Source of the DNA: an uncultured Candidatus Saccharibacteria bacterium
Lineage (GTDB): Bacteria > Patescibacteriota > Minisyncoccia > Phycocordibacterales > JACOZG01
Assembly: GCA_964591715.1 (NCBI GenBank)
Contig: CAZQDR010000004.1
Coordinates: forward strand, 375-64,374
Length of the DNA: 64,000 nt
Reading direction: 5' to 3'
In this document: positions 17,602 through 24,999 of the stretch, in pieces
How positions within the stretch are numbered: position 1 is the first letter of the stretch
Layout: every line of letters begins with the position of its first letter
Program-made: the position numbers and the translations under genes
The notes under the pieces: model-generated
What the model saw: the letters and a program-made list of their open reading frames with translations, nothing else
What the model was told of the DNA's origin: nothing
Database searches by the model: none

Positions 17602-18030
17602 ATGATGTACGAGTTGAAAGAAAGTCTGGAGCGTTGGTCGCGGATCACTCGTCCGGCGTCCGAGCTTCGCTTGGTGGTGAGATTTACTCACCACGAGCTG
17701 ATCAACAAGCTGGTCAGATTAGCGAGTTACGCCGACCAGGTGCAATTCCTGGGACGGTTTGTGCGGCTTTGGCGAGAGGGGCGAACGGAGGAGTTCGTGG
17801 CCCTGATTCCATGGCTGGATCGCAAACACACCCAGAGTTTTCTGGCCTGGGTGGGCAATCCGCTGGCGGTTGATCAATCCGCCAAGGGTAGCCTCGTGAC
17901 CTGTCGGTGTCGGGTTGTCCGGACCGAGATCCCGGCCGATATCCAAGCCGAGCTAGACGCCGAGGCTGCGTTCTACGGCATACTCTTCTGGTGTGCCGGA
18001 AGGACTACTGACATTCCTGTCTTGTGCTGA
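17602..18030 (+). CDS. Hypothetical protein (142 aa)
   Basis: Strong RBS GGGGGAG followed by ATGATG, with a terminator hairpin right after the stop. No recognisable family. Confidence 0.4.
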   Translation: MMYELKESLERWSRITRPASELRLVVRFTHHELINKLVRLASYADQVQFLGRFVRLWREGRTEEFVALIPWLDRKHTQSFLAWVGNPLAVDQSAKGSLVTCRCRVVRTEIPADIQAELDAEAAFYGILFWCAGRTTDIPVLC

Positions 18031-18036
18031 CCTACT

Positions 18037-18074
18037 GCAACCTTGTCGCTTTCGAGCGCGAGGTTGCTTTTTTT
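18037..18074 (+). terminator. Rho-independent terminator
   Basis: GCAACCT...AGGTTGC stem followed by T7. Confidence 0.6.
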
Positions 18075-18099
18075 GTCCAGCTCTAGTACACTATCGCCC

Positions 18100-18258
18100 A
18101 TGTCACAGGATCAATTGATCAAGCTGGCCTGCAGCACTTGTAAGCGCATCAATTATTGGAGCCGCAAGAACCGCAAGCTGGTTGAACGAAAAATCGAACT
18201 CAAGAAGTACTGCAAATGGTGTAAGAAGCACACCAAGCATAAGGAGATCAAAAAATAA
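18100..18258 (+). CDS. rpmG: 50S ribosomal protein L33
   Basis: 'MSQDQLIKLACSTCKRINYWSRKNRKLVERKIELKKYCKWCKKHTKHKEIK' matches the L33 zinc-ribbon pattern (CxxC...CxxC, 'ELKKYC', 'HT.H.E.K'). The track ORF begins earlier at 18043, but the terminator occupies that region. Confidence 0.8.
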   Translation: MSQDQLIKLACSTCKRINYWSRKNRKLVERKIELKKYCKWCKKHTKHKEIKK

Positions 18259-18308
18259 GCCGCTCGGCTTTAGCATTTCTTAATATACAGCAGGAAAGAT
18301 ACGACAGT

Positions 18309-18422
18309 ATGGATGCACTCAAAGGAATTTTAACTGTGGTTTTTTGGCTTTTTTTGGTGGCTATTGGCAAGCTGGGGGAAAGCGTATTTAAGCTCGTCAG
18401 TAGCAACAAAGACAGCAAATAG
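18309..18422 (+). CDS. Small hydrophobic protein (37 aa, one TM) between rpmG and tRNA-Trp, at the position SecE often occupies
   Basis: RBS AGGAAAG 8 nt before the ATG. Translation is 'MDALKGILTVVFWLFLVAIGKLGESVFKLVSSNKDSK'. It is below the track's size cut-off. Confidence 0.3.
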   Translation: MDALKGILTVVFWLFLVAIGKLGESVFKLVSSNKDSK

Positions 18423-18471
18423 ACTGCCCAAGCTTTTTATTTTGCCTCAAATCGGCTACTATAAAACTGCT

Positions 18472-18543
18472 GGGCCTATAGTTTCAATGGTAAAACATCG
18501 GTCTCCAAAACCGAGGTTGCAGGTTCGAGTCCTGCTGGGCCCG
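18472..18543 (+). tRNA. tRNA-Trp (anticodon CCA)
   Basis: Acceptor GGGCCTA/TGGGCCC, anticodon stem TCGGT/ACCGA with loop CTCCAAA, T-loop GGTTCGAGTCC. Confidence 0.85.
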
Positions 18544-18586
18544 CTCTAATATTCCCAAAAAAGTTATCTCTGATATACTGAACCGC

Positions 18587-19375
18587 ATGTCTCAAGAACA
18601 ACCAGCTTCCAACGAAGCCGAATTATCGGGTCGTGAACGTCGTCGTTTGCGCCGTGAGGCCATGCGTAGTGGCGAGAGTGTACCTGGCAGCTCAACTGGA
18701 TTTAAAACGGCCGGCATCTGGATTGCGGTTGTCGTTGTTCTTTTACTTATTGTTGGTGGGATCGTAGCGCTCGTAGCCGGCGGCAGTAAGCCGCCGGTGG
18801 ATATTGGGCTTGCGGTACCAGTGCATGCGGGCGATTGGACCACTGGCGCTTCGTTGGCTACGACAACGGCCACCACCACAACTATCTCGCTGGTGGAGTA
18901 TAGCGACTACCAGTGCCCTGCTTGTGCCTATTATCACCCGTGGGTAAAGCAGCTGCTCACTGATGTTCCTGAACTGGCTTTTACTTATCGACATTTCCCA
19001 CTCTCGCAGATCCACAAAAATGCTGAACCGGCCGCCCGCGCGGCCGAGGCAGCTGGCCGTCAGGGTCGTTATTGGGAGATGCATGATTTGCTTTTTGAAC
19101 ATCAGGCTGAATGGTCGGAGGAGACAGCGCCCAAGGCCGAGGCTATGTTTACGCAGTACGCTGAATCAGTTGGGGTTAATCTAATGGAATTTAAGAAGGA
19201 TATGTCTAGTGATTTTGTGAAGAACAAAGTCTCGAGCGACTTTCAGACCGGTGTTCAGTCGGCAGTCAATGCGACCCCCACCTTCTTCTTGAACGGAAAA
19301 TTTATCAATAATCCTCGCAGCTATAATGAATTTCTCGAGCTTGTTAAAGGCACCAGTACTGCTCCTCGGATTTAG
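18587..19375 (+). CDS. Membrane-anchored DsbA-family thiol:disulfide oxidoreductase
   Basis: N-terminal TM helix and a thioredoxin fold with the CxxC motif 'YQCPACAYYHPW'. 262 aa. Confidence 0.7.
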   Translation: MSQEQPASNEAELSGRERRRLRREAMRSGESVPGSSTGFKTAGIWIAVVVVLLLIVGGIVALVAGGSKPPVDIGLAVPVHAGDWTTGASLATTTATTTTISLVEYSDYQCPACAYYHPWVKQLLTDVPELAFTYRHFPLSQIHKNAEPAARAAEAAGRQGRYWEMHDLLFEHQAEWSEETAPKAEAMFTQYAESVGVNLMEFKKDMSSDFVKNKVSSDFQTGVQSAVNATPTFFLNGKFINNPRSYNEFLELVKGTSTAPRI

Positions 19376-19760
19376 TCTCATTGGTTTTGTTGACGCAACT
19401 TATCTAACGGTTAGCCATTTTACTGGTGCAAATTTGCCTTGCCGACTCTTTGATGGTTGTGACTTGGTAACGACTAGCACTTACTCTACAATTGGTCCGA
19501 TCCCGGTGGCCGTGCTCGGTGTCCTCTTTTACCTGAGTGTTTTTGTTTTGGCACTCGCTTATCTTTTGTATCAAAATCCCAGAATTCCCCAGCTGTTGCT
19601 AGTGATAGGCTCGCTGGGATTTTTGGCTACGCTTTACTTTGTGTCCTTACAGCTGTGGGTGATTAAGGCCATTTGCTTGTATTGCATGATCTCTGCGGTG
19701 CTATCCACTGCCATCTTTCTCACGACCCTGTATAATAAACGCAAAGCCCAAGCGGTATGA
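19326..19760 (+). CDS. Vitamin K epoxide reductase (VKOR) family protein (start uncertain, overlaps upstream gene)
   Basis: Four-TM protein with loop cysteines 'PCRLFDGCD' and the intramembrane CxxC motif 'CLYC', the VKOR signature. Confidence 0.65.
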   Translation: MNFSSLLKAPVLLLGFSLIGFVDATYLTVSHFTGANLPCRLFDGCDLVTTSTYSTIGPIPVAVLGVLFYLSVFVLALAYLLYQNPRIPQLLLVIGSLGFLATLYFVSLQLWVIKAICLYCMISAVLSTAIFLTTLYNKRKAQAV

Positions 19761-21079
19761 GAGAAGACAAAAAGAAAGTAATCATTGTTGGTGCCGGCTT
19801 CGGCGGTCTTGAGTTGGCGCTTGATCTGGCCCGCCAACGTCCCAAGAATCTCGAAATAATTTTAGTTAGCAGCAAGCCTCACTTTGAGTATTATCCGGCT
19901 TTGTACCGGGTAGTCGCTGGTCACTCTGCCTTGGAGACCTGTATTCCACTGGAGGAAATCTTTAAAGGTTTGCCGGTGACCTTGGTGGAAGATACAATCA
20001 ACGCGGTAGATCTGCAGGCTAAAATCCTGCAGGGAAAAAACGGCTATAAAAATAATTTTGATTATTTGGTATTAGCGCTGGGCAGTGAATCAGCTTATTT
20101 TAATATCCCTGGTCTAGCTGATCTGTCCTTCGGCCTTAAATCAACCTATGAGGCGCTGCAGCTGCGCAAGCACGTCGAGGCGATTGTGGCGATGTGTGCC
20201 AGTACCGAGCCAGCTAATCGCGCGATTTTGGGTCAGATTATTATTGTCGGCGGCGGTCCGGCGGGTGTGGAACTGGCTGGTGAGTTGGCCGTATACACGA
20301 GTCGTTTAAGTGCCGCTTATAAGCTCGACACCAATCCGATTACGATTGATCTCTTAGAGGCCGCGCCGCGCTTGGTAGCGATGCTCACCCCGGCTGTCTC
20401 GGAGCGAGTGCGTTTGCGTTTGCACCAGCTCGGCGTTAACATCTTTTTGAATCGCGCCTTATTGAAAGAGGAACTGGATGAGGTTTATTTAAAAGACATG
20501 CAAATGAAAGCGAAGACGGTGGTTTGGACGGCAGGCGTAAAGCCGAATAGCTTCTTCCAAAAAATTTCCGGTCTCACTTTTGATAAGCGGGGGCGAGTAG
20601 TTGTTAACGAGCGCTTACAGCCGCCAGGCTTTACCAATGTCTTTGTGATTGGTGACGGCGCGGCCACCCAATATTCCGGTCTGGCGCAAACGGCCATCGA
20701 TAACGCTAAGTTTGTGGCGCGCCTACTAACTCGCGGTGGCCGCGCCACGCCAATGTATGTCCCGAAGAAGCCCTCAACGGCTATTCCGGTTGGTCCGGGT
20801 TGGGCGGTCACGATTTGGGGCGGCCACACCTATTTTGGCCGCGTTGGTTGGTGGTTGCGCCGCGCGGCTGATCTGCGCTACTTTATGTCGATTTTACCGC
20901 TAGGCAAGGCAATTAAAGCCTACAAGTATGGCTCGACGATTACCAAGTTTTGCCCCATTTGCGTGCCTCCGAAGGAGTCAGCCACAGTAGCTCCCGGTCC
21001 CGTCGCCACCAAGTCAACTGACGCTTCGCATACTGAAGTACCGCCAGCTCCAACTGCACCGCCAGCTCCCGCGCCGTAA
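19757..21079 (+). CDS. Type II NADH:quinone oxidoreductase (NDH-2) family flavoprotein
   Basis: Two dinucleotide-binding motifs, 'KVIIVGAGFGGLELA' and 'IIIVGGGPAGVELAGEL', with NDH-2-like spacing. The C-terminal ~45 aa are low-complexity and overlap miaA convergently. Confidence 0.7.
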   Translation: MREDKKKVIIVGAGFGGLELALDLARQRPKNLEIILVSSKPHFEYYPALYRVVAGHSALETCIPLEEIFKGLPVTLVEDTINAVDLQAKILQGKNGYKNNFDYLVLALGSESAYFNIPGLADLSFGLKSTYEALQLRKHVEAIVAMCASTEPANRAILGQIIIVGGGPAGVELAGELAVYTSRLSAAYKLDTNPITIDLLEAAPRLVAMLTPAVSERVRLRLHQLGVNIFLNRALLKEELDEVYLKDMQMKAKTVVWTAGVKPNSFFQKISGLTFDKRGRVVVNERLQPPGFTNVFVIGDGAATQYSGLAQTAIDNAKFVARLLTRGGRATPMYVPKKPSTAIPVGPGWAVTIWGGHTYFGRVGWWLRRAADLRYFMSILPLGKAIKAYKYGSTITKFCPICVPPKESATVAPGPVATKSTDASHTEVPPAPTAPPAPAP

Positions 21080-21824
21080 TTTTGCCTTGCAAATAAAGCG
21101 CCGCATATTTATACTCTAGCCCCAACGCTTCTAGACGCCGCCAGGACAGACCCTGACGGTTTAATTTTTTAGTTTCCTTAACTAGTCCCTGCTTTAATTG
21201 CTGGCGTGTACGCTTAATAATCTTCTGGCGCAGGACTTCTGGATCATGACCAAGGCCAATTTTAATAAATTGATAAGGCGGGGGATTAGTTACCACTTGG
21301 GGAACGTGGCCGAGAGCCGTGGCAATTTCAATCGCGCGGATTAAGCGTCGGGGATTATTTTGATCAATTTTTTTGGCTCGCTCGGGGTCAAGTTTTTTTA
21401 AAATTTCCAATAGTTCCGGCGCGCTTTTTTGGTTGAGCTCAGTCCGCAGTTTATTATTTGGCGGCACGGCGGGTAAGGCCACCCCAGTGACCACAGCGTC
21501 AACATAAAATCCGGTGCCGCCAACCATAATCGGCAGCTTGCCGCGTTTTAAAATTTCTTTAATTTTTTGGAGGGCCAGTTTTTGGTAGCGACTAACCGAG
21601 AATTGCCGCTTGGGGTCGGCGACATCTAAAAGGTGGTGAGGAATTCCGGCCATCTCCTTTTTCGTTACTTTGCCGGAGCCGATATCCAGGCCGCGATAAA
21701 CCTGCCGTGAGTCGGCCGAAATTATTTCGCCACCCAGCTTTTTAGCCAGCTTAACCGCGAGGGCAGATTTACCGCTGGCGGTCGGTCCGACGATGACTAA
21801 GACTTTGGGTTTATTTTCCACCAC
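20940..21824 (-). CDS. miaA: tRNA dimethylallyltransferase
   Basis: P-loop 'IVGPTASGKSALAV', 'DSRQVYRGLDIGSGK' and C-terminal 'YAKRQLTWWRRD', all MiaA hallmarks. Confidence 0.9.
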   Translation of the reverse strand: MVENKPKVLVIVGPTASGKSALAVKLAKKLGGEIISADSRQVYRGLDIGSGKVTKKEMAGIPHHLLDVADPKRQFSVSRYQKLALQKIKEILKRGKLPIMVGGTGFYVDAVVTGVALPAVPPNNKLRTELNQKSAPELLEILKKLDPERAKKIDQNNPRRLIRAIEIATALGHVPQVVTNPPPYQFIKIGLGHDPEVLRQKIIKRTRQQLKQGLVKETKKLNRQGLSWRRLEALGLEYKYAALYLQGKITARELAVQLELAVLQYAKRQLTWWRRDRELLWLTPSEARKWGKTW

Positions 21825-21909
21825 CTTAACTTAGCTTATTTTAAGAAAAAGAAAAAGCCCACCGTTTATGGCAGTGGGCGATAGTAAGACACTGTTTGGG
21901 GATGACAAC

Positions 21910-22134
21910 CTAGGAAAGTTTCTTAAGTTTCCTGAGTTGTTTCCTCCGTTGGAGGCGATAGTCTTTAATGATCTTTTCTACTGTATCGCCAGTTTTCGCA
22001 TCCAGGGTTATGCCGTGGAATCCGGTCCTGACAAATTCGTAGCCCTGTTTTTCGATCAGGGCCATCATTCCCTCAGCAACTTCCCGAATATTTTTTGCGA
22101 TTTCGGTTTGGTCTGATCGAGCACTAACATTCAT
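21910..22134 (-). CDS. Hypothetical small protein (74 aa)
   Basis: ORF followed on the minus strand by a hairpin and T-run (21857-21880). No recognisable family. Confidence 0.35.
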   Translation of the reverse strand: MNVSARSDQTEIAKNIREVAEGMMALIEKQGYEFVRTGFHGITLDAKTGDTVEKIIKDYRLQRRKQLRKLKKLS

Positions 22135-22160
22135 CGCTTTTGCTCCTACGACCAGGTGGC

Positions 22161-22787
22161 CTACGAATTCAAGTCAATACACTCGACCGGAGCAATCCCA
22201 AGGCTCGCTGGGTCAGCGTCATGCCCATCCTCAACAATTACCCAGCTTTTTCCACGCCATTTTATGAGGCGACCGACAGTAGGGTCTTCTTCAGACAACT
22301 CATCCGTTATTGGCAATACACCTTCTTTTCGGTCCCCATCGCTGATCCTATCAGGAAAGTAATAAAAAATTTGATAGGGGATGTCGAATTTCTCCAGGGC
22401 TCCAAACGTGATGAGCAGATCTTTGCCGCTACTTTCTCTTGCGCCATACTCACCGGCAGATTGGGACCCGGTGTGTTGAAGGATCGACCAAGGTATTGGC
22501 CCGCGCACCTCAGTCTCAGAGAAACATTCGGAAAAAGCGGCAATGATTCTCTGTGTCGATTCATTCTTATTGGCCAGATCGAGAGTGGCGACCACCATCA
22601 TCATCAGGCGATCCTTCTTGCCCAGCTCACAGATTGCGGGCCAGTTCTTGAATTTAGGCCAGCCTTTTTTCTCAAACACGAGCTTTTGCAGGTTGGCGCA
22701 AACACTCTCGAGATGTCTTTTTTCCTCCAGAACGAGTGTCCATAGGGAGATCCACAGCTTCACGATTCGTTCGTAGTCACTACTCAT
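22161..22787 (-). CDS. Hypothetical protein (208 aa)
   Basis: RBS AGGAG 6 nt before the ATG on the minus strand. The competing plus-strand ORFs lack an RBS. No recognisable family. Confidence 0.45.
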   Translation of the reverse strand: MSSDYERIVKLWISLWTLVLEEKRHLESVCANLQKLVFEKKGWPKFKNWPAICELGKKDRLMMMVVATLDLANKNESTQRIIAAFSECFSETEVRGPIPWSILQHTGSQSAGEYGARESSGKDLLITFGALEKFDIPYQIFYYFPDRISDGDRKEGVLPITDELSEEDPTVGRLIKWRGKSWVIVEDGHDADPASLGIAPVECIDLNS

Positions 22788-22909
22788 GACTAACTCCTAA
22801 ACAGTTGCCAAAGACCAGGCACCCACTGCTTATGGGTGGCGATCTTCAACAAGAAGATCACATTTTTAGGCTACAATACTAAATATAAAAGGTCAAGTTT
22901 AAAGTCTGG

Positions 22910-22981
22910 TGTCCCCGACAGGAATCGAACCTGTATCTCCAGCTTCGGAGGCCGGTGTTCTATCCATTAGACTACGGGGAC
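22910..22981 (-). tRNA. tRNA-Arg (anticodon CCG); CCA encoded (22907-22909)
   Basis: Reverse complement: acceptor GTCCCCG/CGGGGAC, anticodon stem CCGGC/GCTGG with loop CTCCGAA, T-loop GGTTCGATTCC. Confidence 0.85.
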
Positions 22982-22982
22982 A

Positions 22983-23006
22983 GGTGTGCCCATCCTAGCA
23001 GAAATT
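22983..23006. repeat. 24-bp direct repeat, copy 1 (AGGTGTGCCCATCCTAGCAGAAAT)
   Basis: Matches 23362-23385 at 22/24 positions. Lies between the 5' end of tRNA-Arg and the stop of gene 23021-23326. Confidence 0.6.
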
Positions 23007-23020
23007 GGGCGAAATAAAAA

Positions 23021-23326
23021 TTAGGCCGCTTTGCGAAGTGAGTCTTCAATCTGGGCAGCCGCGGCCGTGGTTTTGGCTAGTTCTGCCTGCAATTGCTCAA
23101 TGTTCTTTTGAAGAGCTGCCTCGTGATCTTCCAAACTTTTTTGGAGCTTCTCGATTTGGGTCTGGAGAGCGGTGGTTGAAGATTCTATTTTGGCGATCTC
23201 TTGTTGTTTGCGCTCGATTTCTTGTGACTTGGTAGCTAACTCTTTATTTTTGCTTTCCAACTCCTTTTTCTCACCATTAATTTGGCGTTTTAGGCTTTCA
23301 ATACTAGCGGGTGAAATAGGGCTCAT
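23021..23326 (-). CDS. Hypothetical coiled-coil protein (101 aa)
   Basis: Heptad-rich Glu/Lys/Gln sequence ('KELESKNKELATKSQEIERKQQEIAKIES'). Flanked by the 24-bp direct repeats. Confidence 0.4.
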   Translation of the reverse strand: MSPISPASIESLKRQINGEKKELESKNKELATKSQEIERKQQEIAKIESSTTALQTQIEKLQKSLEDHEAALQKNIEQLQAELAKTTAAAAQIEDSLRKAA

Positions 23327-23361
23327 GAAATATGGGGGTGGTTAATTTTTATAAAGTTGTA

Positions 23362-23385
23362 GGTATGCCTATCCTAGCAGAAATC
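23362..23385. repeat. 24-bp direct repeat, copy 2 (AGGTATGCCTATCCTAGCAGAAAT)
   Basis: Second copy, upstream of tRNA-Leu(CAA) and just beyond the start of gene 23021-23326. Confidence 0.6.
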
Positions 23386-23412
23386 TTTGATTTAGGGTAT
23401 ATTAATTGCCAA

Positions 23413-23494
23413 GCCGAAGTGGCGGAATTGGCAGACGCGCACGACTCAAAATCGTGTTCCTTCGGGAGTGTGGGTTCGATTCCCACCTTCGGCA
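23413..23494 (+). tRNA. tRNA-Leu (anticodon CAA)
   Basis: Acceptor GCCGAAG/CTTCGGC, anticodon stem CACGA/TCGTG with loop CTCAAAA, long variable arm, T-loop GGTTCGATTCC. Confidence 0.85.
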
Positions 23495-23552
23495 CAGATT
23501 GGCTAAGGCCAAGTTCGTTCTTTAATTTAGGGTACCCAAAAAGGAGAATCCG

Positions 23553-23978
23553 ATGGAGATAGATTTGAGCTTTCTGTGGGTTCTCGATGATCTGCGCGCT
23601 AAGTTCATGTGGGGATTACGGGCGGTCATTGGGGACAAAATAACGATAGAGCAGTACCGTATTTTAAACATTATTGCCAAGGAGGGAAGAAATGACCTAA
23701 CCTGTGTCGCTATTCGCAAACAGCTGCCGGGTTTTCCTGATCTTACTCGGACAATCGACTGCTTGGTAAAAAAGGGATTGGTTACTCGTCAACGGTCTGA
23801 TGCTGATCGTCGGATGGTCTTGATTAGCCTGACAGGAGAGGGCCGGGCCATCTTCGAGATGGTTGATCAGAGGATCAAGCAGTTATTCGCTATGGGCTTT
23901 AAGGGAAAGGACCTGGATGACTTAAAAAAACTCGTGACGCTTGCCCGGAAGCTAGTCTATCGCTGCAGACCTCACTAG
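23553..23978 (+). CDS. MarR-family transcriptional regulator
   Basis: RBS AAAGGAG. Winged-HTH region 'ITIEQYRILNIIAKEG..LTCVAIRKQLPGFPDLTRTIDCLVKKGLVTRQRSDADRRMVLISLTGEG'. Confidence 0.7.
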   Translation: MEIDLSFLWVLDDLRAKFMWGLRAVIGDKITIEQYRILNIIAKEGRNDLTCVAIRKQLPGFPDLTRTIDCLVKKGLVTRQRSDADRRMVLISLTGEGRAIFEMVDQRIKQLFAMGFKGKDLDDLKKLVTLARKLVYRCRPH

Positions 23979-24043
23979 AGGCTGGGCCCGAGACTTATTT
24001 TTCGGGCCTTTCTTTTGTGCTAAATATGTTAGAATGGTTGTAA

Positions 24044-24985
24044 ATGGCAAACGAGCAGTACAGCAATACGATTTTTTGGATTGAAGTGGATCGGATTCGC
24101 CCTAACCCCTTCCAACCCCGGCATGAATTTGACGAGGATAAGCTTCGGGCCTTGGCTGATTCGATTCGTCAGTACGGTGTGCTCCAGCCGCTGGTGGTGA
24201 CTCGGCAAGAAGTTTTTGATGAGGATGGCAACATGCAGGTTGAATATGAGTTGATTGCCGGTGAGCGCCGTTGGCGAGCCTCCAAGTTAGCGGGCATCTT
24301 CCAGGTGCCGGCGATCATTAAGCAAGGCGAGGAGTCAGACAAACTTAAGTTGGAGATGGCGATTATCGAGAACCTCCAGCGCGAAGATTTAAATCCCGTG
24401 GATCGGGCGCGCGCCTTTAGTCAGTTGGTGGCCGAGTTTGGTCTCAAACATGTGGATGTCGCCAAGCGCGTTGGTAAAAGTCGCGAATATGTTTCTAACT
24501 CTCTGCGCATTCTGGCCTTACCGGAGGTGATGATTCAGGCCTTGGTAGAGCGCAAAATTACCGAGGGTCACACTCGACCTCTGTTGATGTTGGGTGAGCG
24601 CCCAGAGCAGCAGATGACCTTCTTCCAAGAAATGCTGACTAAAAAGATGAGCGTGCGTGAGGCCGAATCAATTGCTCGCCGCATTGCTTACGACAAAGTC
24701 CGCAAAAAGGAATATTTTGTGCCGCCCGAGATTGTGGAACTTGAGCACCAGCTCTCCGAGACACTGGGGACGCGGGTTAAGGTGGAGCGTGGTAGCGCCG
24801 GAGGTAAGGTCACGATCGACTTTTTTACCAACGACGACCTCGAGCAGATTTTGCAATTATTGGCCAAGCAAAAAGATGACAGCCCGGATCCTCTGATTGA
24901 GCAGCAAAATTTGGAGACGGAGTCGGCGATTGACGATTCAACCGAGGACGACGAGATCTACAACGTCCAAAACTTTTCCTTATAA
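24044..24985 (+). CDS. parB: ParB/Spo0J-family partition protein
   Basis: ParB N-terminal box 'LQPLVV' and 'YELIAGERRWRASKLAG', HTH 'HVDVAKRVGKSREYVSNSLRIL', and C-terminal dimerisation region. No parA in the window. Confidence 0.8.
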   Translation: MANEQYSNTIFWIEVDRIRPNPFQPRHEFDEDKLRALADSIRQYGVLQPLVVTRQEVFDEDGNMQVEYELIAGERRWRASKLAGIFQVPAIIKQGEESDKLKLEMAIIENLQREDLNPVDRARAFSQLVAEFGLKHVDVAKRVGKSREYVSNSLRILALPEVMIQALVERKITEGHTRPLLMLGERPEQQMTFFQEMLTKKMSVREAESIARRIAYDKVRKKEYFVPPEIVELEHQLSETLGTRVKVERGSAGGKVTIDFFTNDDLEQILQLLAKQKDDSPDPLIEQQNLETESAIDDSTEDDEIYNVQNFSL

Positions 24986-24999
24986 AAATCTCGAGCCGC

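Noticed and set aside
17523-17873. Plus-strand 116-aa ORF beginning inside the TTGACA-17-TAAGAT promoter
   Set aside because: The start codon lies within the predicted -10 element. The Gly/Arg/Ala-rich translation looks out of frame. The in-frame neighbour 17602-18030 has a strong RBS.
22140-22745. Plus-strand 201-aa ORF and several smaller ORFs overlapping 22161-22787
   Set aside because: No RBS. The minus-strand ORF has AGGAG at the ideal spacing and a more protein-like composition. Only one can be real.
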